This document shows, piece by piece, positions 63,921-64,000 of a DNA stretch of 64,000 nt. The first letter of the stretch is position 1. Every line of letters starts with the position of its first letter. Source of the DNA: Pristiophorus japonicus (taxonomy: Eukaryota); assembly GCF_044704955.1 (NCBI RefSeq), contig NW_027254412.1, positions 248,001 through 312,000 of the forward strand, given 5' to 3'. The translations under genes and the position numbers were made by a program. Under the pieces are notes generated by a model, which saw only the letters and a program-made list of their open reading frames with translations, searched no databases and was not told where the DNA came from.

Positions 63921-64000
63921 AATTCAATTCTATAACAATCAATCCCAATAATTTAACTCAATACTTTAAATTCTTAAGTCCAACTTTGTCAGCATGCTGC

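Overview
Eukaryotic, repeat-rich window, almost certainly from a cartilaginous fish (shark or ray). The core is one complete, apparently intact IgM heavy-chain cluster on the + strand: leader 11538, VH, JH, CH1-CH4 with secretory tail, TM1 and TM2 ending at 29711. The usual shark V-D1-D2-J layout is absent. The V carries 14-17 extra D-like bases followed by a 22-bp-spacer RSS. The J is 5'-trimmed, carries about 10 D-like bases and is preceded by a 12-bp-spacer RSS. This reads as a germline pre-joined VD-DJ gene that needs one RAG event, and a flush joint is in frame (CDR3 ARDYSNGYATGY). Downstream are CpG-island promoter modules flanked by minisatellites and a decayed class III (ERV-S/L-like) provirus with a tRNA-Ser PBS and a short env remnant. 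After these come a truncated Gypsy element, two divergent C2H2 zinc-finger pseudogenes and a near-full-length CR1 LINE with tandem 58-bp monomers at its 5' end. Many CR1 and SINE fragments, several satellites and three assembly gaps fill the rest.
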